This document shows, in pieces, positions 9,455-18,439 of a DNA stretch of 64,000 bases. The notes under the pieces are model-generated. The model was not told the DNA's origin. It did no database searches and saw nothing but the letters and a program-made list of their open reading frames with translations. The stretch's first letter is position 1; every line of letters starts with the position of its first letter. The translations under genes were made by a program, and so were the position numbers. Source of the stretch: an uncultured Erysipelotrichaceae bacterium (GTDB taxonomy: Bacteria > Bacillota_I > Bacilli_A > RFN20 > CAG-826); assembly GCA_902787955.1 (NCBI GenBank), contig CADAIJ010000003.1, positions 13,907-77,906 on the forward strand, in the 5' to 3' direction.

Positions 9455-10705
9455 TTAATTAAGCAAAAACTTTTTTAGTGGAATAACTTTGATTAAAAAT
9501 CCATCGTTTTCAATTATTTTTTCCTCTTCGTAAGTCACAATCATCAAATTGGATTTGGAATGATTAGCTTTTGCAAAAGCGATTAAATTATTAACTTCAC
9601 GATCATAGGCATCTTTTTCATCGATTGAATACGCTACTTGAATCGCGGTATTAAATTTGGAGAGATAAAAATCAATATCAGTTTTATTGCCTTTGAAGTA
9701 GTAAAGACAATCTTTGTGAGTTCTATATAAATGTAGAGCAACTATATTTTCTAATAGCGAACTTCTTTTATTATCTAAGAAAAGGTTTAATATCCCGTTG
9801 TCCATAAAATAATATTTAGGATTACTATTTTTATCTAAAAAAGAAGCACAATAATTTTCTAGTGTAAACAAGAGAAAAGCATCCTTACAATATCCACAAT
9901 AATCGATAACTATATCTTTAGATATCTTATATCCTATGCCAGTAATAATATTTTGAATCTTAGTAAAAGAAAGGTCATGCTTTACTGATTCAGCAATTTT
10001 TTTAACCATCAGTTTGATGCCGTTTTCATTTCTTATATTGTTATGAACAATAATATCATTATAAAGAACCTTTTGATAAATACTCGAAACATATTCTCTT
10101 TTGTTTTTAAAACTAATAGATTCAGGGAAACCACCATTAACAAAATAATCATTTAATAAACTATTTATTTGTCCAATCTCTTTAACAGAGTATCCATCTT
10201 TGTTTGCTTTGTTAGCTCTTAAAAACTCATCGAAAGAATACGTCATAATTTCCTTAGAAATGTATCTTCCACCTAGTTTTGCTTCCACTTCTTTTGAAAG
10301 CATTTTTGCGTTGCTCCCAGTGATATCAACTTTATATCCTTGATTTGCAACACGAATAGCAAACTTTTCCCAACCATCGATATTTTGAATTTCATCAAAA
10401 TAAAAATAATGTTTTTTATTAGTTAATTCTTCCGCGACTAAAAGAATGTCATCAAAATCATTAGCTGTGAATTCAATCAACCTTTCATCATCAAAATTAA
10501 TATAAATGATTTGTTTCCAATCAACACCTTCATTAATTAATTCTTGCACTCTTTTATAAAGTAATGTTGTTTTGCCTGCTCTTCTTAATCCAACTAGTAC
10601 ATAATTAATGTCTTTTTCTAAAACAATATTCCTGTCAATTATCACAGCATCTTTAATAACTTGATGTTGATCAAAGATAATTCTTTTTAAAGTCTCATGA
10701 TTCAT
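9455..10705 (-). CDS. AAA+ ATPase of the COG1373 family (AAA_14 + DUF4143), paralog 1.
   Basis: Walker A GLRRAGKTTLL and a Walker B-like FDEIQ. 416 aa with a DUF4143-like C-terminus. Confidence 0.8.
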   Translation of the reverse strand: MNHETLKRIIFDQHQVIKDAVIIDRNIVLEKDINYVLVGLRRAGKTTLLYKRVQELINEGVDWKQIIYINFDDERLIEFTANDFDDILLVAEELTNKKHYFYFDEIQNIDGWEKFAIRVANQGYKVDITGSNAKMLSKEVEAKLGGRYISKEIMTYSFDEFLRANKANKDGYSVKEIGQINSLLNDYFVNGGFPESISFKNKREYVSSIYQKVLYNDIIVHNNIRNENGIKLMVKKIAESVKHDLSFTKIQNIITGIGYKISKDIVIDYCGYCKDAFLLFTLENYCASFLDKNSNPKYYFMDNGILNLFLDNKRSSLLENIVALHLYRTHKDCLYYFKGNKTDIDFYLSKFNTAIQVAYSIDEKDAYDREVNNLIAFAKANHSKSNLMIVTYEEEKIIENDGFLIKVIPLKKFLLN

Positions 10706-10795
10706 AAATATTCCCTCTGTCGAGTATATTCTACAATATATATAGATATTTGTCGAGTATGTTATTCACTTATTAAAATTTGTGATTAAATATTA

Positions 10796-10993
10796 CTAGC
10801 ATGCGAACAAGCCTAAAGTAGTAGAAAGCAAGAACTCGCCTTTAAAAACAAAATTTTCAGCATATTGAGATTTTGCTAATCTTTTTAAAAATGCATCAAA
10901 GAAATAATCTTGAAGAATAACGTTTGAAGGAACTCCTTTTTGACTAGACAAATTTTTGATTCTAGCCTGTAATGAATTCTTATTAATTTTCAT
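10796..10993 (-). pseudogene. Truncated AbiEii/AbiGii-family nucleotidyltransferase toxin. Only the N-terminal 65 codons remain.
   Basis: SLQARIKNLSSQKGVPSNVILQDYFFDAFLKRLAKSQYAENFVFKGEFLLSTTLGL matches the conserved N-terminus of DUF1814 toxins. A TAG stop then follows, and unrelated sequence carrying the ATPase1 upstream repeats begins. Confidence 0.6.
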
Positions 10994-11606
10994 TCAAAAG
11001 CACCTCCATTAGACTATTTACTTTATCTTCGATTTTCATTTTACGTGCGTATTGGATAAGCCTATTCACATTTTTATCTTTTCTTTTGCTATACCAGGTT
11101 ACACACTTAACAAAAGATTCCGAATCCAGTTTTTTTCTATTTCTAATGAAATCGCATACTGTCTTTTCAATGTCGTAAACTTTGACCTTGTTGCCAAATG
11201 ATGTTTCAACTTCACTAATACCGAGATTATATGTCGTATCTCTTGTATCCGTATGAAGAATCACGCCATCTCTCGGAAGAGGAAATGGGCGATAATTTTT
11301 TGGAGCAGTTGCTTCTAAAGATGTTGGTATAAAATCACCAAGTCTATGAAGATAAGCAGCTCCATAGAAAGAATAAATTAGTTTCGGGTATTGATATTGG
11401 AAAATAAAATAATCATCCGTCATCCAATCTTCAGTTGAATAAAACCCTGGACACTGTTTTATAAGATTATATTTTTTAATATATTGTGAAAGGATGGATG
11501 TCGGAATATTTGCTTCGCTAACATCTCTTCCAGTAACATAACCGCCATTAGATTTAATAATTTTAGAAATCTTTTCAAAATTAGTCATACTTGCATTTCC
11601 AACCAT
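10983..11606 (-). CDS. AbiEi-family (type IV toxin-antitoxin antitoxin-like) protein.
   Basis: 207-aa protein directly upstream of the AbiEii remnant and overlapping it by 11 nt, the typical abiEi-abiEii operon arrangement. Confidence 0.45.
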   Translation of the reverse strand: MVGNASMTNFEKISKIIKSNGGYVTGRDVSEANIPTSILSQYIKKYNLIKQCPGFYSTEDWMTDDYFIFQYQYPKLIYSFYGAAYLHRLGDFIPTSLEATAPKNYRPFPLPRDGVILHTDTRDTTYNLGISEVETSFGNKVKVYDIEKTVCDFIRNRKKLDSESFVKCVTWYSKRKDKNVNRLIQYARKMKIEDKVNSLMEVLLNEN

Positions 11607-11726
11607 ATAATATTGTTTTGTGGTTTAATTTGCAATATGTTTACACATCCTGTTTATAACAACTTATGAGTTCACTAACATTTGATGCTAATGGAACATC
11701 CTCCATTCTTTCTTGAGTTTTATGTC

Positions 11727-11900
11727 CGTGTATCGACATTTGAGGGCACGATTGATTGTGAAGGCACGTACGAAAAGTGCGTGTTATTTCTTATTTTTGG
11801 GTCCTTTATTTGCTATATTTGGTCTTATGAATATAACTTTAATCAATTTGTATCTGGGCACATAAAAACCCCGTGAAAAATCTGGGCGGACACGAGGTTT
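11727..11900. repeat. Composite repeat module, copy B. It consists of the motif GTGTATCGACA, hairpin 1, an AT-rich spacer and hairpin 2.
   Basis: GGCACGTACGAAAAGTGCGTGTTATTTCTTATTTTT ... AAAAACCCCGTGAAAAATCTGGGCGGACACGAGGTTT. It is about 80% identical to copy C at 24010-24163. Hairpin 2 acts as a minus-strand terminator for ATPase2. Confidence 0.6.
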
Positions 11901-12022
11901 GAACATTGTTTAGTTTTTGTTTGATGGTGATTAGCCATCAAGCACAAAGCATTCATATTCAATAAGTTAAATATAAGTTTCATTATTCACATGAACCGTT
12001 GTAGTTTCTACATTTGGGTCGT

Positions 12023-13387
12023 TCATTCTAATAAAAAAGCTAAGTAATGTGGCAACACTAATAATATATTCCCATCTTCATCTATAGATTCCTTGATATT
12101 GAATTCACCAAACTTAATTAATCGTTTAACTTCTGGATAATCTATCTTATTTGAAATCACAGTTTTCGCGGATTTCGTTTTTCCTGATTTAGCCTTAACT
12201 TCCACCAAAGAGATATCTTTTTTATAGCGAGTAATAAAATCAATTTCTAAACCTGATTCTTTACCATAATAAAACAAATCTTTGCCATTCTTAGTAAAAG
12301 CATCAGCGATAATGTTTTCATATAGAGCGCCTTTATAAGAACCTAATTTACCAAATAAAACATCTTCATATACATCTTTTTCTAACATCGCCATAAAAAG
12401 CCCTGTGTCAGCGACATATAATTTAAAACATTCTTCAATCTTATTTCCTGATAATGGTAGTTCAAGTTGTCTAAGATTATAACAATATGTTACTAAACCA
12501 TAATCCACTAACCATTGAATTGCAGGATCATAAATTGTTGAGGTTGCCTTCTTGGCAACTTTTGAATACATAAACTTTTTATTCTCCTTAGCAAGTTGAG
12601 CAGGAATCGATGCGTAAACTTTATTTATTTTAGCGAGCAAAGCTTTATCAAGTTCTTCTTCTTCGTTTTCATTTAGATGCTTGCCATAATCATCTTTATA
12701 TCCTTCTAAAATATCATTTAAAACTGCTCTTACTTGATTTAGATCATTCGTTTTAAGAAAAGTATCTACTGCTTCTGGCATACCTCCTACACATAGATAT
12801 TCTTTAAAATAACGAGTCATCGCTTCATGGATTGGCTGACGAATATTCTCTTTAGCTTCAAAAGAGGATTTTAAATAATTAATGATATCTTGGCTAATAC
12901 CCTTAGCTAATAAGAACTCTTCAAAATCCATTGGTTTCATATAAACAACATGCTCGTAACCAATAGAAGCTCCACCATGATATTTTTTGTTATATCCTTT
13001 TAATCCTAATAAGGAGCCAGAAGCAATCACATCATAACGATCATCATTTTCTACGAATGATTTAAGAGACGCTCTAGCGCCAGAAGATTCTTGAATTTCA
13101 TCTAAAATGATTACTGTTTTATAAGGAATAAATTTAACATCAGGCCTTAATGCGGAAATATTGGTGGTAATAGTATTAACATCTAAATCTCCATTAAATG
13201 CGGTCTTAAGACTTGGCTCTAATTTAAAATTGATATAAATAACATTTTCATAGTTTTTATTTGCAAAATCTTTGATTGATGTTGTTTTGCCAGTTTGTCG
13301 TAATCCTTTTAATAGAAAAACCTTCCTTTTAGTTTTTAAGTTTTCTTTCCAACTAATAAGCTCTGCTTCAATTTTTCTTTTATACAT
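12023..13387 (-). CDS. AAA+ ATPase of the COG1373 family (AAA_14 + DUF4143), paralog 2.
   Basis: Walker A GLRQTGKTT and a Walker B-like ILDEIQ. 454 aa. Confidence 0.8.
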   Translation of the reverse strand: MYKRKIEAELISWKENLKTKRKVFLLKGLRQTGKTTSIKDFANKNYENVIYINFKLEPSLKTAFNGDLDVNTITTNISALRPDVKFIPYKTVIILDEIQESSGARASLKSFVENDDRYDVIASGSLLGLKGYNKKYHGGASIGYEHVVYMKPMDFEEFLLAKGISQDIINYLKSSFEAKENIRQPIHEAMTRYFKEYLCVGGMPEAVDTFLKTNDLNQVRAVLNDILEGYKDDYGKHLNENEEEELDKALLAKINKVYASIPAQLAKENKKFMYSKVAKKATSTIYDPAIQWLVDYGLVTYCYNLRQLELPLSGNKIEECFKLYVADTGLFMAMLEKDVYEDVLFGKLGSYKGALYENIIADAFTKNGKDLFYYGKESGLEIDFITRYKKDISLVEVKAKSGKTKSAKTVISNKIDYPEVKRLIKFGEFNIKESIDEDGNILLVLPHYLAFLLE

Positions 13388-13406
13388 ATAAATACCTCAA
13401 TTTTTA

Positions 13407-13490
13407 GACTTTTCCAAGCGAATTAACGACAATAGTATAGACTTTTCCAAGCGAATAATCAATAACTCTAAGGATTTTTCCAAGCGAATC
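13407..13490. repeat. Three direct repeats of GACTTTTCCAAGCGAAT in the 5' leader of ATPase2.
   Basis: Copies start at 13407, 13440 and about 13474, spaced 33-35 bp. They create the artefactual SLGKV repeats in the 80-aa ORF 13404..13646. Confidence 0.7.
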
Positions 13491-13527
13491 ATAACGGAAG
13501 ATATAGTCATACACTCTTTTTTGTGTA

Positions 13528-13627
13528 TGTGTACCGACAATTGGTATTTCAAACCCTTGTGTGTACGGACAATTGGAGACAGTATTTATTATATAGACAC
13601 GCGCCATCTTAGGAGCGTGTTTTTTTC
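13528..13627. repeat. Partial repeat module D. It consists of two TGTGTACCGACAATTGG-type direct repeats 32 bp apart plus hairpin 1. Hairpin 2 is absent.
   Basis: TGTGTACCGACAATTGG at 13528 and TGTGTACGGACAATTGG at 13560. Then GACACGCGCCATCTTAGGAGCGTGTTTTTTT follows. The architecture matches 23959-24057. Confidence 0.6.
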
Positions 13628-13659
13628 TACCCGCTTTATGATGCAAATAAAAACTTTAT

Positions 13660-13700
13660 ATAACAAAAAGGTGGGAGATGGATAACTCCTCTCCCTACCT
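13660..13700 (-). terminator. Intrinsic terminator for the secreted-protein gene.
   Basis: On the minus strand the hairpin AGGTAGGGAGAGGAGTTATCCATCTCCCACCT is followed by TTTTTGTT. Confidence 0.5.
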
Positions 13701-13783
13701 TATTCGTTGTTTATTTACTAATCTTAATTAGTTTTCTCTTCTTCTACGGATGAAGACAAATCCACTAAAAGAGACTAAGATAA

Positions 13784-14347
13784 TTATTCTGTTGGGCTGC
13801 AATTATATTTAAGGGTAATGGATGTAATTATGTTAGAACCCATAAGAGTGGCTGCTGATATTGAAAAGTATTTATTCCCGTCAAGTTGACTAAATAACTT
13901 TTCTTGCCCTGCGGTTATAGGAGTAAATGCTGCAAAATCATCTAGAGAATTTCTGCCAAGAACTTGAATATTATTATACTCATATCCATTATCCTTAGTA
14001 TCGATTCTTATAGAATAGAGCGATTGGAATTCACTCTTATTTGAAATTATGCCTCCCTTATTTCCCATGAACTGAAGACCTTCGTCGACCTTAGTGAAAC
14101 AATTATTTGCATTATTTACATTAAATGTTAAAGGATTCCCGCTTGTTGTATTAACCACAAAATCAGAATTGACACTTTCAATATCATTTTTGCAGTCAAT
14201 AACAAGCGTATAAAGTGGTATATCAGCTTTAACAATATTAACAGCTTGTAATCCATTAGAGTTAGACATTGCTGCTACACCAACAGTGCCAACGACTGCT
14301 GTACATATAGCGAGTGATGCTAAGATAAGTTTCTTATGACTATTCAT
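13784..14347 (-). CDS. Secreted hypothetical protein with a signal peptide.
   Basis: The N-terminus MNSHKKLILASLAICTAVVGTVGVAA is signal-peptide-like. A perfect RBS AAAGGAGGAATTATT precedes the ATG. Confidence 0.6.
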   Translation of the reverse strand: MNSHKKLILASLAICTAVVGTVGVAAMSNSNGLQAVNIVKADIPLYTLVIDCKNDIESVNSDFVVNTTSGNPLTFNVNNANNCFTKVDEGLQFMGNKGGIISNKSEFQSLYSIRIDTKDNGYEYNNIQVLGRNSLDDFAAFTPITAGQEKLFSQLDGNKYFSISAATLMGSNIITSITLKYNCSPTE

Positions 14348-14413
14348 AATAATTCCTCCTTTTAAGTGAATAGAATAATCCTCTAACGCACTTATGTTAA
14401 TAAAATTAAGAAA

Positions 14414-14432
14414 AGTGTTTCACATTGAAACT
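14414..14432. promoter_or_regulatory. Palindromic operator-like site AGTGTTTCACATTGAAACT.
   Basis: Perfect inverted repeat GTTTCA-CAT-TGAAAC, about 70 nt upstream of the 13784..14347 start codon. The same 19-mer recurs at 20462..20480. Confidence 0.5.
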
Positions 14433-14491
14433 ATTTTCATATTTAAACCACATCTAAAAGCGTTTAATTAAGATTAGAGATTTTAAGAGCA

Positions 14492-14523
14492 ATATAAAAA
14501 CCTCGTGAATAACACGAGGTTAA
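14492..14523 (-). terminator. Intrinsic terminator ending the surface-protein/mscS transcription unit.
   Basis: Perfect 9-bp stem AACCTCGTG/CACGAGGTT with a 5-nt loop, followed on the minus strand by TTTTTAT. Confidence 0.6.
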
Positions 14524-14548
14524 TCTTACAAATTAATCTATCTAGATA

Positions 14549-15571
14549 TTACTTTTTATCATCTATATCCTTAGATAAGTCTTTTTGTTCTTCGACGAAA
14601 GCTTCGACTACTTTTCTATCTTTAACGGATAATTTAGTTTCTTCACTTCCTTGATCATAAGAAACAGTGACTTGTGGGAATGGGATATTGACATTATTAT
14701 CATCAAAGATAATCTTAATTTCTCTATTCAAATCACGTTGAACTTGATAGATATCTGTTTCCTTACATTTAGCGACGAATAAAAGAACAACTGCACTATC
14801 AGCTAATTCGGAAACACCTTTATAGAATGGTCCTTCAACAATAGCAGGGATTTTTTCTTTAATCTTGTCTAAGTTCTCAGCAATAACTTTTTCAATAGCT
14901 TCGATTCTATCGCCATAAGAAACACCAACATAACATTTAGCGACTGATAATTCTTGGGTTTGGTTAACAATGGAACGAATATCACTATTATTCATAATCT
15001 TGATATTGCCACCAGCATCAACTAATTTAGTGGTTCTAATACCGATTGCTTTAACTTCGCCTCTCCAGCCATCGATGATAACGATATCGCCAACTTGGAA
15101 ATCGCCTTCAAAGACGATGAAGATACCGGCGAGGATATCAGACACTAAAGCTTGTGAACCAAGGCCTATAATAAGAGTTAAGACACCAGCAGAAGCAAGC
15201 ATCATTGTGGTATCTGCTCCCCAAGCACCCATAATGATGAATACGGAAGCGATAGCGACCACCCATTTAAGTAAATTTAAGAGAAGTAAGGCTATTGTAA
15301 TTGTCTTCTTCGATTCAAAGGTAATCTTCGCTAAAAGGGAGAGAATGAAGAACGCTGCCGCAGCAATTACAACAATCTGAACTGTTCTAATCATTGCTGG
15401 GAACCCTCTTGTCATCATATAGTTAACAAAGTCCCCTTGTCCTTCAACTGGCACGAAGATCGTTTCACTTCCAAATATCTGTTTATTGAAGACAAATGAA
15501 ACAATAACTCCAGCGGCGAATAGTCCGAATACTATCCAGCCAATTAGTTTAATTACTTTTTTCTTTTCCAT
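14549..15571 (-). CDS. mscS: Small-conductance mechanosensitive channel, MscS family.
   Basis: Three N-terminal TM helices and a conserved MscS beta-domain region (GDxVxIDGxxGEVxxIGIRTTKL). The start was chosen at MEKKK, which is preceded by the RBS AAGGAGG. Confidence 0.8.
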   Translation of the reverse strand: MEKKKVIKLIGWIVFGLFAAGVIVSFVFNKQIFGSETIFVPVEGQGDFVNYMMTRGFPAMIRTVQIVVIAAAAFFILSLLAKITFESKKTITIALLLLNLLKWVVAIASVFIIMGAWGADTTMMLASAGVLTLIIGLGSQALVSDILAGIFIVFEGDFQVGDIVIIDGWRGEVKAIGIRTTKLVDAGGNIKIMNNSDIRSIVNQTQELSVAKCYVGVSYGDRIEAIEKVIAENLDKIKEKIPAIVEGPFYKGVSELADSAVVLLFVAKCKETDIYQVQRDLNREIKIIFDDNNVNIPFPQVTVSYDQGSEETKLSVKDRKVVEAFVEEQKDLSKDIDDKK

Positions 15572-15598
15572 AAAAAATACCTCCTTGAATACATGCAT

Positions 15599-18391
15599 TT
15601 ATCTAACGGAAAAATAATAATTTTGAATTATTGATCGAGTGTATGTGTCGGTTGCTCCCAAATCATAACTATCAAAGGTCATCGACACTGAGACTTTTTT
15701 AGTTTTTAGTAACGCTAATAATTCATCACGATATTCGTAGTCAGTAGGAACAGTAACAACGCCTTCATTAATTCCATTATTAGCGAAGTTAGAAATATCA
15801 AACGGAATGTAGTATGTAGCGGCTTCATTATTAGGATCAAATATTTTTAATTTAGTATTAGATAATTTACCGCTCATACCAGGATAACGGAATAAACCTA
15901 TGTTGAACTCAATGTTATTTGAGTAAACTGTGTCGGATTTTATATAACCACCAACATATTCATTAGTAGTTGAGCCGTTTTCTTGCATATAACCTATTTC
16001 GGTATCATTAATAATCTTTTGACCTGTTCTACTACTAGTGACGTAGAAAAAGGCGTTATTATTATCTAATGCGGTAACATCAAATCCGGTAATTTCGAAG
16101 TATTGGAAACCACTTCTCTTTTCAAGAGGGAAAGTTAATGGGTTATTTGAATCGTTATTATCGGCTAAATAGAATGTTAAATCTAAATATTCATTCGCTT
16201 TATCACTGATACTACCGGAAACACCAATATATGTCTTACTATCGAATGTGTAATATTCATAGTGGATTTGAAGGTTATTAATATGTGAAGTTTCTTCAGC
16301 CATATCAATGATGCCTTCAAATACCACGGTTCCATGATCACTATGATCATAGACAACAAGGGAATAGGTATAGACGCCATTTTCAAAATCAATAGTTGAA
16401 AAATCAAGACTACTCGCACTCTTTATTTCTCCTGATTCTGGTAAGGTCAAATAAGGGTTAAGATTAGTAGCATCACCGCCATCAATTGGAGTTAGCCAAA
16501 GTCCTACTTTTTTATAGAATCCATCCGCAAATGTATCAGTGTAGTCCATGTGCCAACTAAGGACACGCTCATCGGTACTTTCGTAAACTTTAATGCCATC
16601 AAAACTAAGTGAATTGACATGGGCTTCACGACCTTCGCTATCAACGAATGTAATGGTACCGGTAGTATATTGGGTGTATTCTCCAACTGATTCTAAAAGA
16701 TATTCAATCATAAAATTGATTGGTTCATTAGTGTTTAAAGTCATATCGGCTGTATCAGAGACATAGATATAAGTATCATATGGGCTAAATTCAGCGCTTA
16801 GATTCTTATCTTCTAGAGCTTTTTCAGGATCTGGATTATAGAAAGTGATTCTTAATCTAACTAAATCATATTCTGGATCGACATAGTCGACAGTAACTGG
16901 GATTTGATGTTCGGAAGCAGTGAAATCAATTTCATCGTCAATTACAATTGAATTAATCTTGGTTTCTTCAACGAATGTAGCGACGAATTCATAATCTTTA
17001 TCAAGATAAGAAATAATCTTCATACCAGGCTCATATTCACCGCGTCCACTCTTCCAGAATTTAAAGCGATAACCTTCTGGAGGTGTGAATGGGTTTTCAG
17101 GAAGGGTATAAGTTTTGCCTTCTCTTAATGAGATGACAATTGGATCATCGGTCGAATCACCTGGATTAAGAGTGATGTTATATTTAACTGGCGCAGTTGA
17201 AGTATCGAAAACAATATGTTGTTCATCGGTTTCTTTCTCTTCTTCAGCGTAGCGGTAGGTAATGTAATATGAGAATCCATCAGAGTCATCGAAATTAAAC
17301 TGATTTTCATCAGCTGGATCATTAAGCGTGATTGTTTGATATTCACTAGTGACAGCAAGTTCAAATCGTTTAAGATTGTTTTGGCTATCAGATAATATCA
17401 AATTGAAGTTATCGAATAGTTCATCATCATATTCACAAGCGATAAGAACTTCAAAAGTTCCATCTGATAAATCAGGCACTAAATCTAAAGTCACGGAAGC
17501 TTCATCTTCCTTGATTGTGGTTATAAATTCATCATAAATATAGGTGCCAGTAGAAAGGTTTCTAACAATAACTTCATAAGAAGTTTCAGCATTTAAACTA
17601 GTGAAATAGAATTCATTCTTTCCTTCGGTCAAGTCGTATACTTGAAGCTCTGTGCCATCACTTCTGATGCTGATATCATATGTATCTTCTCCATTACCAG
17701 TTAGATATAATCTAACACCAACTTTATTTGCCCATGGAACAAGGTTAGTAACTTTAACAGAACCTTCATCTTTTGGTTCTGGAGTTTCTTCTTTTGTAGT
17801 AACTGTATCTTCGTATAAAACGTAATTATTATAGGTAGTATCAATGACGTAAACGGAATATTCAGTGTTTGATGTCAAATCAACGAATTCACCACTATTA
17901 GAGCCTTCAATGAGTGCATTGGATACAGTATAAGATTCATTCTCAAGTTTAATAATGCACTCATCATTATTGATATCCGCTAAATCGAGTTCATAAACAA
18001 TTGAGTTTGTAGTTGTCTCAATTTGATTCATTTTACATTTAGCGTTAAAGAAAAGATTGATGCCCATTAGTGTTGATAATGTTGTTACTACCACCATTGA
18101 GGCACCTGCTACAGTTGCGATTGTTGTGCCAATAGAGGCAGAGGAGCTGCCATTAGAAGAGCCTTTATTTGAGCCATCTTCTTTCTTGGAAGACTTATCT
18201 TTTCTTTCTTTTTTCTCTTCTTTAATCTTTTTGGACTCATTTAAAACAGGATTATCATTTATTTCATCACGAAGACGATCGTCATTATCAAAGTAGGAAG
18301 TTGATTCGTTATCTTGAGTGCTTCCAAACTCAAAATTAGGATTCTTGCCCTCGTTGGTAATTCTTTCAATGTTAAATTCGTCTCGTTTCAT
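15599..18391 (-). CDS. Large type-II membrane-anchored surface protein. It has a Lys/Glu-rich cytoplasmic N-tail, one TM helix and an extracellular domain of about 800 aa.
   Basis: 930 aa. A Ser/Gly-rich linker precedes a hydrophobic TM at about residues 88-115. The remainder is rich in T, D, Y and N with no enzymatic motif. Confidence 0.6.
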   Translation of the reverse strand: MKRDEFNIERITNEGKNPNFEFGSTQDNESTSYFDNDDRLRDEINDNPVLNESKKIKEEKKERKDKSSKKEDGSNKGSSNGSSSASIGTTIATVAGASMVVVTTLSTLMGINLFFNAKCKMNQIETTTNSIVYELDLADINNDECIIKLENESYTVSNALIEGSNSGEFVDLTSNTEYSVYVIDTTYNNYVLYEDTVTTKEETPEPKDEGSVKVTNLVPWANKVGVRLYLTGNGEDTYDISIRSDGTELQVYDLTEGKNEFYFTSLNAETSYEVIVRNLSTGTYIYDEFITTIKEDEASVTLDLVPDLSDGTFEVLIACEYDDELFDNFNLILSDSQNNLKRFELAVTSEYQTITLNDPADENQFNFDDSDGFSYYITYRYAEEEKETDEQHIVFDTSTAPVKYNITLNPGDSTDDPIVISLREGKTYTLPENPFTPPEGYRFKFWKSGRGEYEPGMKIISYLDKDYEFVATFVEETKINSIVIDDEIDFTASEHQIPVTVDYVDPEYDLVRLRITFYNPDPEKALEDKNLSAEFSPYDTYIYVSDTADMTLNTNEPINFMIEYLLESVGEYTQYTTGTITFVDSEGREAHVNSLSFDGIKVYESTDERVLSWHMDYTDTFADGFYKKVGLWLTPIDGGDATNLNPYLTLPESGEIKSASSLDFSTIDFENGVYTYSLVVYDHSDHGTVVFEGIIDMAEETSHINNLQIHYEYYTFDSKTYIGVSGSISDKANEYLDLTFYLADNNDSNNPLTFPLEKRSGFQYFEITGFDVTALDNNNAFFYVTSSRTGQKIINDTEIGYMQENGSTTNEYVGGYIKSDTVYSNNIEFNIGLFRYPGMSGKLSNTKLKIFDPNNEAATYYIPFDISNFANNGINEGVVTVPTDYEYRDELLALLKTKKVSVSMTFDSYDLGATDTYTRSIIQNYYFSVR

Positions 18392-18439
18392 ATTGTTAAG
18401 AAAGCCTCTTCGTTATTGAACGAAAAGGCTATTTTTGTA

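Noticed and set aside
11682-11876. 64-aa ORF inside repeat module B.
   Set aside because: It sits inside the conserved hairpin/AT-rich repeat shared with copies A and C. It is low complexity and has no RBS.
13404-13646. 80-aa ORF on the minus strand with repeated SLGKV/SLGKI peptides.
   Set aside because: It is an artefact of reading through the triple direct repeat TTTTCCAAGCGAAT and the downstream direct repeats. It has no RBS and the sequence is non-coding-like.
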